Shown piece after piece: positions 1-9,734 of a DNA stretch of 64,000 nt. The position numbers and the translations under genes were made by a program. Numbering within the stretch: the stretch's first letter is position 1; each line of letters begins with the position of its first letter. Source of the DNA: Salinivirgaceae bacterium (lineage in GTDB: Bacteria; Bacteroidota; Bacteroidia; Bacteroidales; SZUA-534); assembly GCA_050251815.1 (NCBI GenBank), contig JBFWMB010000001.1, positions 43,054 to 107,053 on the forward strand. The letters are read 5' to 3'. The notes below the pieces were generated by a model. It was given only the letters and a program-made list of their open reading frames with translations. It had not been told where the DNA came from and ran no database searches.

Positions 1-468
1 AACAGCCGTTAGTTTGTCGGTTAACAATTGCTTTAAGAGCAAGGCCAGTTTTTCGCGCAACAAATACATGCCCACCGAATGGGCCTGCAGAACTGCTGTT
101 CCGTTGTAATAATCCACAATTAAGCCGGGCAGCCCATCACCTTCGCCATGAACGAGCCGAAAAACATTTATATCGGGCTTATCGAAAAAGCCCAACTGCT
201 GGCGGAAGCTGATGGCCGCTTTTAGTTTATTTTTCCAGAAAATATCGTCGATGCGAACTTTTTCGAAACTGAAAATACGCACTGCAATGGAACCTACCTG
301 GAAATGCCCCAAAGCCAGGAACTCGTTCTTGTTGTCGAGCACTTCCACCACATCGCCTTCGGCAGGCTTTCGGCTCATTTCCTTTATGGCTCCCGAAAAA
401 ATCCAGGGATGTAACCTGCGGATGGATTGTTCCTTACCCGATTTTAAAATCACTTGAATCAGTTCCAT
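1..468 (-). CDS. Class I SAM-dependent rRNA methyltransferase, RlmI/RlmK-like (N-terminal part; runs off the window)
   Basis: Manual translation from ATG 468: MELIQVILKSGKEQSIRRLHPWIFSGAI...FRLVHGEGDGLPGLIVDYY; PUA-like N-terminus (HPWIFSG) and the GEGDGLPGL motif of RlmI; open to position 1. Not in the ORF track. Confidence 0.85.
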   Translation of the reverse strand, partial: MELIQVILKSGKEQSIRRLHPWIFSGAIKEMSRKPAEGDVVEVLDNKNEFLALGHFQVGSIAVRIFSFEKVRIDDIFWKNKLKAAISFRQQLGFFDKPDINVFRLVHGEGDGLPGLIVDYYNGTAVLQAHSVGMYLLREKLALLLKQLLTDKLTAV

Positions 469-503
469 GTGTTTACTGTGTTAAGCCGTTTGGTTATGTG
501 TGG

Positions 504-1085
504 TTATGATGCCTGCTCAATCTCGAGCAGTCGGTTGTAAATTTCGAGCGAAACCCAGGCATCGGTGGCGGCATATTTAAGCTGCGCTTCGGTGAGTTGC
601 TCGGCTTCCCAGTTTGATGTTTGCTGTGCTTTTGAGATGCGAAACCCCAGGAGCAGACCTGAAAGCTTTTTCAATCCAAAGTTTTCGATAGCAAAGTCTT
701 TAACTTTTTCCTGAATCTCGACAAAACCACCGGGCTTGAAATTGGTAAGACAACGCAATGCCTTAATATCATCGTTAATGGCCACTCCTACTTTGGTGAT
801 GCCAGGATTGGCCAAAACATCGACCAGTTCGGCAGGTAAGCCCATTTTATTTATTCGGAAAAGAAAAGCTGACTTTTCGGTAGCTAATTGCAGCAGGGCC
901 ACCTGGTTTTTCTTTCCCTTGGCAAAGGTGGGCTTGGTCTCTGTATCGAAACCCAGCACCTTTTGCTTTAACAAATAAGGAAGAATCTTTTTAAGGTCGC
1001 GGGCGTAGTCGATTACCACAATTTCACCTTCGAAACCTTGCACAGGAAGCAGATTTAATTCTTCTTTTGAAATTGATTTATTCAT
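504..1085 (-). CDS. 3'-5' exonuclease (RNase D/WRN-like DEDDy)
   Basis: Motifs LGFDTETKP (ExoI), QLAT, K.GV...DD, LS...L...ISK.QQTSNW, YAATDAW (ExoIII). Start moved to MNKSISKEE (1085); the ORF-track extension overlaps the upstream gene. Confidence 0.88.
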   Translation of the reverse strand: MNKSISKEELNLLPVQGFEGEIVVIDYARDLKKILPYLLKQKVLGFDTETKPTFAKGKKNQVALLQLATEKSAFLFRINKMGLPAELVDVLANPGITKVGVAINDDIKALRCLTNFKPGGFVEIQEKVKDFAIENFGLKKLSGLLLGFRISKAQQTSNWEAEQLTEAQLKYAATDAWVSLEIYNRLLEIEQAS

Positions 1086-1701
1086 ACGTATCTTCACTTT
1101 CGCTTTGCAAGCCCAAATCGGACCAATCTTTTTTGCCCCAGTTTTCGGGATCAAAATCCGCTTCGCTGAGGGCATCGGTTTCGTTAAGGGAAACTCCGCC
1201 ATACAACAGGTGATGCAAAACGCGGGTAATATTCATCAGACGCTGTCCCCAGAATTGTTTGAAATTGTTTTTGCACTCCCAAATGGCATCGTTCATAATT
1301 TCGGGAGTTCCCATATTATAAAGCGTAATGTAATCTTTCAAATCCTGGTAGATATCGGTAAAGCCTTCGGACAAGCTAATCATTTGCTGCGAATCGTTCA
1401 GGGCATCCCAAACCTCCTGGTACTCATCCACCCCTTTAAGCTTTTTTAACAGGGTAGTATGCACCGCTTCCCACTCTTCCTGAGTAACCGATTTATCAAT
1501 CATATCGGGCATCTCGGGTTCTACGTCGGGAAGAATAATTGCTTTTAAATAAATCAGCGGCAGCAAACGGTGTGCTTTGTCGATAAAATCTTTTTGTGAG
1601 AGTAAGGCTACGCCGTCGAGCAGGTTGCAGTACTCAGCGGCCAGGGTGGTAAAACCAATTACGTTCTCAGAATAAACCCGGTTCTCAATATCGTGTTCCA
1701 T
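1078..1701 (-). CDS. DUF5063 family protein
   Basis: Resembles Bacteroidota DUF5063 (F.T.AAEYC..L, LP.IYLKA..LP, DIYQDLKD, F...WGQ.L). Start taken at MEHD (1701) because the TTG at 1719 lies inside a -7 box. Confidence 0.7.
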   Translation of the reverse strand: MEHDIENRVYSENVIGFTTLAAEYCNLLDGVALLSQKDFIDKAHRLLPLIYLKAIILPDVEPEMPDMIDKSVTQEEWEAVHTTLLKKLKGVDEYQEVWDALNDSQQMISLSEGFTDIYQDLKDYITLYNMGTPEIMNDAIWECKNNFKQFWGQRLMNITRVLHHLLYGGVSLNETDALSEADFDPENWGKKDWSDLGLQSESEDTYE

Positions 1702-1716
1702 AAATAAAAATATGGG

Positions 1717-1724
1717 CAAAAGTA
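1717..1724 (-). promoter_or_regulatory. Bacteroidota sigma-A -7 element (TACTTTTG)
   Basis: Plus strand CAAAAGTA = TAnnTTTG on the minus strand, 15 bp upstream of ATG 1701. Confidence 0.55.
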
Positions 1725-2253
1725 ATAAACCTATCTTTATTAAGCAACGAATGATTTATCTGTAGTATATGACATTGAGCAGCTAAAAAGCTATAATGTC
1801 CTTATTTTTATCGAAAAAGTCTTTTTAGTACCCTGAGCTGAGGGAACAAATAGTTGGAGTTTATGGCAATTGTTTATTGTTGGTGTTAAAGGCCAATGTT
1901 TGGTTTGCTTCTTATTTTATGTTGTAGTTTACTATGACTAGTAAATTGAAGGTGTGAGTTTTCAATGAAACGCAAGCAAACCATTTCTATGTGGTTTAGC
2001 TATTAAGCCTTAGGCCTGTGGAAATGCAACGAATAATGCGCTTTGATAATACCATAAAACCACCAAGAACCTAATGGCATAATTAATGCATTCTCTTTTT
2101 CTTTTGTGACCAAAAGAAACAAAAGTCTTGCAAAACCAACGAATTTCGATAAGTACTTCTGTGCATTCTGTTAATTCCCTAACTCAAGGTTATGAAGATT
2201 CGGGTTCGTCCTGAAACGGGGGTGTGAACGGTTGCAAAAGCCATTATTCGGTT

Positions 2254-4161
2254 TCACTTTTTTTTCCAATGCAGCAGTAAGGATTCGTCGCGGTGTAGTT
2301 TTTGGTTGTCGAGCAGCCATTGAATAACTTTAATTGCTTTTTCGTTGGGTTGTTTAATGGCATCAACCAGTTGTTCCAGGTTTAAGGGTTGTTTTCTTAG
2401 TTCCGTTTTTATGGCTTCGGCCACTAAATCGAACTCCATTTTGCTTAAATCGAGTTTGTTTCGTTCGGTGCAAACATCGCAAACCCCGCAACGGGTAGCC
2501 TGCATGTCGCCAAAATAATTGAGCAACTGCTGCGAGCGGCATTTCTTGCGGGTGGCATAATCAACCACGGCAAAAATTTTTTCGCTGTACAGGTTTTTCC
2601 GGTCCTGGTACTTTTCGCGGGTAAATAACAAAGATGCTGTGGGCAGGCGCTCTTCGGTATAAAAAATCTGGGGTACCTTTTTTCGCGGAATATAATTGAT
2701 AATCTTATCGCGACCCAGTTTAATCAGGTAAGTGGTAATCGTTTCGAGTTTTACTTTTGTTTTACGGGCCAGGTCATTTTCATCGATGGGCCGGTATTCG
2801 GTAAACATTCCCGAATAACTCCGCAAGAGCAACTTAATAAAGGCATCTTCGGCCGCATTGGCTACCTGGTATTTGTACAAATCGTCGCGGGTAACGGTGA
2901 AAATTATTCTTGAGGGATTATCTACTTCTTCGCTCAATTCAAGGTATCCACTCTGCTGAAGCAGTTTCAGACTGTTGTAAACGGTCAAAATATTGAACTT
3001 GTAGGCCTTCACAAAAGCCGATATATCGAAATCGAATCCCATTCCTTTTCCACCACCCACGGGCAACTGAAAAAAATTACCCAGGGCCTCGTACACCCTT
3101 TTAATTTCATCGACTTCGGGGAAAGTAGCATCGATACGGCGCTCCAGTTTATTACGGTCGCCCGGATGGTACAGTAAAATAGCAAAAGCCTGTTTCTCGT
3201 CGCGACCCCCGCGTCCGGCCTCCTGAAAATAAGCCTCGAGCGTATCGGGCAAATCCATATGAACCACAAAACGCACGTCTGCTTTGTCGATACCCATTCC
3301 AAAGGCATTGGTTGATACCATAATGCGGATGGCTCCCTTTTTCCACTGGTTTTGTTTAAAATCGCGTTCGGCCGAAGTCAGCCCTGCATGATAGTAATCG
3401 GCTGTAACTCCCTGCTGATTCAAAAGCAAGGAAATCTCTTTGGTATGAAGCCGGTTGCGAACATAAACCACCCCTGTGCCGTTAATGGCTTTGGCTATCT
3501 TTATCAGGTATTTCTGCTTATCTTCCACCTCGCGAACCAGGTAAACCAGGTTCTTGCGTTCAAAGCTTTTACGAAAGACATTTTTTTCGGCAAAGCAGAG
3601 CTTCTCCTGAATATCGTCGATAACGCGCGAAGTGGCTGTTGCGGTAACCGCCAGCACCGGCACACCAGGCATGAGCTGACGCACTTCGGCAATCTTCAGG
3701 TACGACGGACGGAAATCGTAACCCCACTGCGAAATACAATGCGACTCGTCGATGGCCAGCAAATTCACATTCATCTGCCTGACCCGGGTTCTGAACAACT
3801 CGGTACCCAAACGTTCGGGCGAGCAATACAGGAATTTCATGTTGGCATCGTGGACACAGTTTTCGAGGGTCACATCAATTTCGTGTCGGGTCATTCCCGA
3901 ATAGATGGCCGCAGCTTTTATTTTGCGTGCTTTCAGGTTTTCCACCTGATCTTTCATCAAGGCGATAAGCGGGGTTACCACAATGCAAATGCCTTCCTTG
4001 GCCAGGGCCGGCACCTGAAAGGTGATTGATTTTCCGCCTCCGGTAGGCATCAAGGCCAGGGTGTCGCGCCCCTCGCCCACCGACCGGATGATGTCGTGCT
4101 GCAAAGGCCTGAAACGGGCATAACCCCAGTATTTGGTTAATATTTTCTGATACTCATCCAC
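2254..4161 (-). CDS. recQ: RecQ family ATP-dependent DNA helicase (no HRDC domain)
   Basis: MPTGGGKS Walker A, SPLIALM-like VTPLIALM, IDESHCISQWGYDFRP, AFGMGIDKADVR, QEAGRGGRD, Zn site CRSQQLLNYFG...CGVCDVC; GTG start. Confidence 0.93.
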   Translation of the reverse strand: MDEYQKILTKYWGYARFRPLQHDIIRSVGEGRDTLALMPTGGGKSITFQVPALAKEGICIVVTPLIALMKDQVENLKARKIKAAAIYSGMTRHEIDVTLENCVHDANMKFLYCSPERLGTELFRTRVRQMNVNLLAIDESHCISQWGYDFRPSYLKIAEVRQLMPGVPVLAVTATATSRVIDDIQEKLCFAEKNVFRKSFERKNLVYLVREVEDKQKYLIKIAKAINGTGVVYVRNRLHTKEISLLLNQQGVTADYYHAGLTSAERDFKQNQWKKGAIRIMVSTNAFGMGIDKADVRFVVHMDLPDTLEAYFQEAGRGGRDEKQAFAILLYHPGDRNKLERRIDATFPEVDEIKRVYEALGNFFQLPVGGGKGMGFDFDISAFVKAYKFNILTVYNSLKLLQQSGYLELSEEVDNPSRIIFTVTRDDLYKYQVANAAEDAFIKLLLRSYSGMFTEYRPIDENDLARKTKVKLETITTYLIKLGRDKIINYIPRKKVPQIFYTEERLPTASLLFTREKYQDRKNLYSEKIFAVVDYATRKKCRSQQLLNYFGDMQATRCGVCDVCTERNKLDLSKMEFDLVAEAIKTELRKQPLNLEQLVDAIKQPNEKAIKVIQWLLDNQKLHRDESLLLHWKKK

Positions 4162-4179
4162 GCACTATCTGGTTTAATG

Positions 4180-4187
4180 CAAAGGTA
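4180..4187 (-). promoter_or_regulatory. Sigma-A -7 element upstream of recQ (TACCTTTG)
   Basis: Plus strand CAAAGGTA, 18 bp upstream of the GTG. Confidence 0.55.
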
Positions 4188-4226
4188 GTTTTTTTACCCG
4201 GCTCAACCACGTGCTTTTCTTTAAGC

Positions 4227-4273
4227 AAAATAAAAAAAAGGATAGCTCCCCCAATAATGGAGCCATCCTTTCT
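4227..4273 (-). terminator. Rho-independent terminator closing the GH51-GH43 unit
   Basis: AAGGATAGCTCC/GGAGCCATCCTT stem with an A-run on the plus strand (U-tract on the minus strand), ~30 bp after the GH43 stop. Confidence 0.75.
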
Positions 4274-4304
4274 TAAACATATTAACTTAAATTGATTTAT
4301 GAAC

Positions 4305-5294
4305 TCATGGATTGGGTAGTTCGATTACGACAGGCCAGCCCTCAGTATCCCAGTTCAACTTATGAACCAGCAATTTGGGTTTGCCTTTATCGTGCATGTC
4401 GTAACCGTGACTAAACATATAATACTGCCCGCCAAACTCATATACAGCGTTATGACCGATGCCATAGTAATTTTCATCACCTTTAACCACTAGGGTTCCT
4501 CCGCCCTGAGTCAGTGGTACATTATCCTTATCGAGATACGGTCCTTTCAATTCCGTTGAACGCCCCACCCGAACATTATAGGTACTACATGAACCACGGC
4601 AACACAAATCGAAGGATACAAACAAATAAAAATACCCATTGGCATTGATAATGAAAGGCGCTTCGATGGCTCCGTTTCCCGGATCCCTATCATCGAGTTG
4701 AAAATCACGTTCACGGGACGCCAGTGTTTCCCATTCCTGAGGCTCTGCCACCGAAAGCAAGTCGGAATTTAATCGTACCAGTTTTAAACCACCCCAAAAC
4801 GAACCAAAAGTCAGGTAAGGGGCACCATTCTCATCAAAAACCAGGTTTGGATCAATAGCATTCCAATTGTCGCGACCGGGAACCGATTCTATCACGGGTC
4901 CATGATCGACCCAACGATAGTTTTCATTTTTTGGATCGAGCGTAGTATTTGTAGCCACACCAATTGCTGAGCGATTGCTGGCAAACGACGATATGGAATA
5001 GTATAAATAGTATTTACCGTTATGAAAGGAAATATCGGGAGCCCAAATGTTTCCATCGAACCTGGGAACTTCTTGTTTACACCAGGTCGGAATTTCAGCA
5101 AAAACCTGGGCTAAAAACTTCCAGTGCAGCAAATCGTCCGATTGCCAACTGGCAATACCCACTCCGGTACTGTACATGTAATATTTTCCATCGGCCCCAA
5201 TGGCCACCGGATCGTGTACCACAATCTGTGTACTTTGGGTGCATCCGCTTAAGCTAAGAACCCCCAGGAATAAGGTTGCTACGAATTTGAGCAT
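4305..5294 (-). CDS. GH43 arabinanase (Cellvibrio Arb43A-like, GH43_5 type), lipoprotein
   Basis: VHDP (base), WAPDI, NAIDP (pKa modulator), FGSFWGGLKL, IEAPFI (acid), DLCCRG, GHNA; lipobox LSGC. Confidence 0.9.
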   Translation of the reverse strand: MLKFVATLFLGVLSLSGCTQSTQIVVHDPVAIGADGKYYMYSTGVGIASWQSDDLLHWKFLAQVFAEIPTWCKQEVPRFDGNIWAPDISFHNGKYYLYYSISSFASNRSAIGVATNTTLDPKNENYRWVDHGPVIESVPGRDNWNAIDPNLVFDENGAPYLTFGSFWGGLKLVRLNSDLLSVAEPQEWETLASRERDFQLDDRDPGNGAIEAPFIINANGYFYLFVSFDLCCRGSCSTYNVRVGRSTELKGPYLDKDNVPLTQGGGTLVVKGDENYYGIGHNAVYEFGGQYYMFSHGYDMHDKGKPKLLVHKLNWDTEGWPVVIELPNP

Positions 5295-5303
5295 TGTTTT
5301 TAC

Positions 5304-6893
5304 TTATTTAAGTTTAGCCCTTAACTGTGTAAACGAATGAGCCGGGAAATTATAAGTCAATACATTTCCTTTAGCTTTTACCGACTGCTTTTGTTGGGTT
5401 TTTACTTCGGTTATTCCAAAATCGTTTCTGGACTTAACCGATTTTCCATTTACTTCGAGCACCTGAATTGCCCCATCAAAGTCACCAGATTGAGAAATCA
5501 CATCGGTAGCGATGGCTTTGTCGTGATGGCGATTCACTACATTTATGATTATTTCACCGTTCTGATAAGCTACAGAAACATCGAGGTAAGGAACGGCATT
5601 CTGCTGTGTGGTTGATTCACCCAATCCGACAAAAAACTCTTCGGTTTTGTAAGTCTCGCAATCTACAAAAACATCGAGTGATGTTCCGTGCACATTTTTG
5701 GCAAATAACTGCAAGGGATAATAAATTGTTTGAAGAAACAAATCGGTTTCGTTGGTGAAGATGGGTGCAATTACATTTACCAATTGGGCCATATTGGCCA
5801 TTTTTACCACGTCGGCATTGCGGACAAACGAATTCAGAAAACCGGCAATAACCAGCGCATCTTCAAGGTTATACAACTCTTCCAAAGCACTGGTACCCGA
5901 CATGGTTTCGGCATCGCGTGCACGGTACCACGAGTTGTATTCGTCCCAGGCAATGTAAATGGGTTCGCGTCCGTTGCGGTTGGCATTGGCCATTTCGCGT
6001 TCAATCAATCCTTTCACTACGCGGGTGCGTTCGTCGAGCACCATGGGTGTGGCCATATAGTTGTAATAATTATCGTTGGGATTGCCCACATACATATGCA
6101 ATGCCAGGTAATCGACCACATCGCGCAATTCGTGCAAAATAGTAGCATTCCATTCATTGGGGTCTGCATCGGGACGGTAATTTGAAGAACCGGCAGCCAC
6201 CAGTTTTATTTCGGGCGAGGTTAACTTCATAAGCTTTGCTGCTTCGCGGGCTTTTTTAGCATAATCTTCAGCATTCAAATGCCCCATTTGCCAGAAGCCG
6301 TCCATTTCGTTACCTAAACTCCAGTAAATTATGTTATGTGGTTCAGCATATCCATGTTTTTTTCGTAATTCAGCATAGTAAGGCCCCTCTTTTACGTTAC
6401 AGTATTCCACCCATTGCTGTGCTTCTTCAATGGTTCCGGTACCCATATTTACAGAAAAATAGGGTTCGGTATTCATTAAGCGGGCATATTCCATAAATTC
6501 GTTGGTGCCAAAACGATTGGTTTCCAACCGGTTCCAAGCCAATTCCATTCTGGGGGGACGTTCATCTTTGGGTCCAATACCATCTTTCCAATGATAGTTG
6601 GAAACAAAATTCCCTCCCGGATAGCGGGTAATGGAAACATTCAAATCCTGAACGGCTTTAAGCACATCTTTTCGGAAACCTTTCTCGTCGGACAAGGGCG
6701 AGCCCTCTTCGTAAATTCCGCCGTAAACACAACGTCCAAGATGTTCCACAAAGTTTCCGTAAAGTTTTTTATCAATTTCACCCACTTTGCGGTCCACATC
6801 AATTTTTATGCGTGCATTTTGCGCCGATGAATAACCTACACTTAATAAAATGGTGGTTAGAAATACTATACTTTTATTTAATGTTTTTTTCAT
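5304..6893 (-). CDS. GH51 alpha-L-arabinofuranosidase (AbfA type), secreted
   Basis: YGNFVEHLGRCVYGGI, RYPGGNF, LGNEMDG.WQMGH (acid/base), WDEYN (nucleophile), AQLVNVI, C-terminal PAHSFT; signal peptide from MKKTLNK (6893). Confidence 0.92.
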   Translation of the reverse strand: MKKTLNKSIVFLTTILLSVGYSSAQNARIKIDVDRKVGEIDKKLYGNFVEHLGRCVYGGIYEEGSPLSDEKGFRKDVLKAVQDLNVSITRYPGGNFVSNYHWKDGIGPKDERPPRMELAWNRLETNRFGTNEFMEYARLMNTEPYFSVNMGTGTIEEAQQWVEYCNVKEGPYYAELRKKHGYAEPHNIIYWSLGNEMDGFWQMGHLNAEDYAKKAREAAKLMKLTSPEIKLVAAGSSNYRPDADPNEWNATILHELRDVVDYLALHMYVGNPNDNYYNYMATPMVLDERTRVVKGLIEREMANANRNGREPIYIAWDEYNSWYRARDAETMSGTSALEELYNLEDALVIAGFLNSFVRNADVVKMANMAQLVNVIAPIFTNETDLFLQTIYYPLQLFAKNVHGTSLDVFVDCETYKTEEFFVGLGESTTQQNAVPYLDVSVAYQNGEIIINVVNRHHDKAIATDVISQSGDFDGAIQVLEVNGKSVKSRNDFGITEVKTQQKQSVKAKGNVLTYNFPAHSFTQLRAKLK

Positions 6894-6926
6894 TCTATTA
6901 TTCTGTTTTAAATAATTAATTGTTTT

Positions 6927-6981
6927 CAAAACTAATTTATATGCCTCCCAAACAGGTGGATTTTTATGCATGGTATGTGGA
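6927..6981 (-). promoter_or_regulatory. Candidate HTCS-activated promoter: TCCAC-N16-TCCAC direct repeat, N21, then -7 box TAGTTTTG
   Basis: Plus strand: CAAAACTA (6927-34), 21 bp, GTGGA (6956-60), 16 bp, GTGGA (6977-81). Same geometry as 18300-18354. Confidence 0.6.
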
Positions 6982-7214
6982 CGTATCCACAAATTCGGGA
7001 GCAAAAGTTAAGCACCTAATTTTCATTAATTTACTACTAAAAAAGAAATTATCCCCGTTAACTATTAAGTAAAACTTAGCTGCTGAATCCTGGGTTACCA
7101 AACAAGGACCTGTGTGACCCATGCATTTATTTTTATTTGAAATACACACTAAGAACCAAGAATCTATTACCCGGGAATAAATAACATATAATGGTTTGCT
7201 ATATTTCATACCTA

Positions 7215-9593
7215 TCAATTACGCAATAGTCTTATGCCATAAATGCCACCAGCCACAGAACCACTATGGGCAATAAATTTCAATTCTATCGGTTTGTTTT
7301 GGTCAATCAGCCCGACTGGGATGGAATAATTTTGTGTGAAAAAATTATCGCCCTTAGTCCCGTCAAGATGCACTTCAGCTATTGTAACGCCATTGACAAG
7401 CATACTAAAGTTTCTTTGGTTGTCAAGGCCATAAAAGGTAATTTCAAGGGTACATTTTTCATTTTTAGGATTGTTCAGCTGGTAACTAAACCAACCTGTA
7501 GCATCGCGCCAATGCCTGTTTTTGTGTACTCCTGTTCTTGAATCCTTAAATTTAACAAAATGGTCGGCTTCAGGTTGCTGCTCGCCAGGCCAAACCAAAT
7601 CAATGGTCCTTCGGTTCAGTTCCTGCAATTCATTCTCCTTTTGAACCAATTCTGCTTTCATTACCTCGTACTCTTTTTGCGTATTAACCGGCCAATAAAC
7701 CATATACCTGGCTTCGTGGATGGTATAAAAGGGTTGCAATAACACAGCGCCAGCGGGAGTATTTATTACATGAGACAGCTTAAAATGCATGGGTAATGAA
7801 TCGATGGGTTTTACCAGAGATGATAAATCGTCACAATCGTTGACAATAAGTCTTGGAGCTTTATCTAAAGGGTATTTTGGTCCACTGGCCACATGTCCCA
7901 TACGACTTTCGTCGGCCCATAAGCCTTTCAAATCGGAAGTATCGGTAATAGCTCCCAGTACAATTGGACCATGCAAAAAGGAAACCCAATGTGAACTATC
8001 GGGTAAAAATTCGGCATAAGTTTTCATTACAAAATGCATCGAAACCTTATCCCCATTGTTCCATTTGCGTTTCAGGCGGATAAATCCATCAGAAATTTTC
8101 ACCTGCTCCAGTAACTCATTATTTACTTTAATTTCCAATTTATCTCTATGCATCCAGGGGGCCACCCGAATATTTAGTGAAAATTGTTGCGGTTTATTTG
8201 TACTCACGGTGAAATGAGTGGACGATTGATATGGAAATTCTGTATCCTGAATCAGGCTTACCTCTTTGTCTGTCCATTTAACCTCGGAGGCAATAAACAT
8301 ATTCACAAACAGCTCATTCGTATTTTTCACATAAATCATTTCGCCATATTTACCCGGATTTTCAAGTCCGGATCCAACGCAACACCAAAAACTGGTATGA
8401 GGTTGGGAATATACCCGATAATGCCGGGGACGCATGGGTGTAAAATATACAAATCCACCTTTTACCGGGTGTTCAGACGATAAAATATGATTAAACAAGG
8501 CGCGTTCGTAATAATCGAGATATTTTTGCCCGGGATGAGCCAGATACAACAGTTTGGTTAATTTTAACATGTTGTAGGTGTTGCATGTTTCCGGTCCCTG
8601 CTCCGATTCAATCATACTCGAAAAATCGTTGGCCGGATGAAAATGCTCCCGCACACTATTTCCTCCAATAGAAATGGTCCAATCGTTAATTACGGTATTC
8701 CAAAAGAAGACTGCTGCACTGTCCCAGGCTTTGTTTTGTGTAGCCTGAGCGTAGCGCTCAAAGCCTATTACTTTCGGTATCTGCGTATTGGCATGAAGAC
8801 CTGCCAATTCATTTTTTTTCTGAATTAAAGGCCCTAATAGGGCTTTATGAGAAAATTTTTGAGCCATTTCAAGGTACTTTTCATCACCCGTAAGTTCTGC
8901 TATATTAACAAATACTTCGTTTAATCCACCATGCTCACTGATAAGCATTGTTTGCACCTGCTCAGCAGAAAGGTTTTTGGTGGTTTCATAAAACCAATCG
9001 GTAAGTTTAATGAGTATATCCCTTGCATCTGAACTCCCAGTATTTACATAAACATCATACAAACCCGCAAAAAGTTTATGCATATTGTATAAAGGAACCC
9101 ATCGGTTGTTTAACGAAAAAGCTCCCGCATTTATCTTGCCTTCAGCTACTTCTTTCCAAATCTCCTGGCCCATAGGAATTCCCCCAACGTAACCGTTTCC
9201 ATTCTTATCCTGGCAATGTTTTAACCCGGTGAGCATGTATTCAATCCGATGCAACAATTCACTATTTTTGGTCGTTGCATACATAAAAGATAAAGCCGAA
9301 AGATAATGCCCTCCTATATGTCCATCAAGCCCCGTATTTTCCCAATTGCCATAATTATCTTTAATTGGTTTTAATCCGGCATCTTTTAAAAAAGGGGCCA
9401 GCAAGCGATCGGGTTCCATAGCCAGCAAATAAGCTAAATCAGCTTGTTGTGCCTGTAAAAAAGGGCCCTCATGAATCCGGACTTCTGACAATTTAAAAGC
9501 ATGTAATTTATCATCGAGCGTATTGTTACATCCTGAAAAAACAAACAGGGAAAGTAAAGTGTAAAGCTGTAATCGTATCATAGCATTCATCAT
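7215..9593 (-). CDS. GH127/GH146 beta-L-arabinofuranosidase, lipoprotein
   Basis: YGNWE..GLDGHIGGHYLSA, EHGG.NE, LHANTQIPK, GGNS.REHF, ETCNTYNMLKL, FWCCVGSG.E; lipobox FSGC. Confidence 0.88.
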   Translation of the reverse strand: MMNAMIRLQLYTLLSLFVFSGCNNTLDDKLHAFKLSEVRIHEGPFLQAQQADLAYLLAMEPDRLLAPFLKDAGLKPIKDNYGNWENTGLDGHIGGHYLSALSFMYATTKNSELLHRIEYMLTGLKHCQDKNGNGYVGGIPMGQEIWKEVAEGKINAGAFSLNNRWVPLYNMHKLFAGLYDVYVNTGSSDARDILIKLTDWFYETTKNLSAEQVQTMLISEHGGLNEVFVNIAELTGDEKYLEMAQKFSHKALLGPLIQKKNELAGLHANTQIPKVIGFERYAQATQNKAWDSAAVFFWNTVINDWTISIGGNSVREHFHPANDFSSMIESEQGPETCNTYNMLKLTKLLYLAHPGQKYLDYYERALFNHILSSEHPVKGGFVYFTPMRPRHYRVYSQPHTSFWCCVGSGLENPGKYGEMIYVKNTNELFVNMFIASEVKWTDKEVSLIQDTEFPYQSSTHFTVSTNKPQQFSLNIRVAPWMHRDKLEIKVNNELLEQVKISDGFIRLKRKWNNGDKVSMHFVMKTYAEFLPDSSHWVSFLHGPIVLGAITDTSDLKGLWADESRMGHVASGPKYPLDKAPRLIVNDCDDLSSLVKPIDSLPMHFKLSHVINTPAGAVLLQPFYTIHEARYMVYWPVNTQKEYEVMKAELVQKENELQELNRRTIDLVWPGEQQPEADHFVKFKDSRTGVHKNRHWRDATGWFSYQLNNPKNEKCTLEITFYGLDNQRNFSMLVNGVTIAEVHLDGTKGDNFFTQNYSIPVGLIDQNKPIELKFIAHSGSVAGGIYGIRLLRN

Positions 9594-9734
9594 TCATCGG
9601 TAAACCTGCCACGCGAACTATTTATCGTACCTGCGGTGCAAATGGTGGTAAAATATATTGGAAGGTTTCGGAACCCATTCATTTAAAGTAATCAGGTTTT
9701 AATAAACCTTGAACCCATCCAATTCAACCAGTTA

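Noticed and set aside
2210-2232. Similarity (reverse complement) to 52404-52426 (ACACCCC..GT..TTCAGG)
   Set aside because: About 15 matching bases needing three gaps; expected by chance at this window size.
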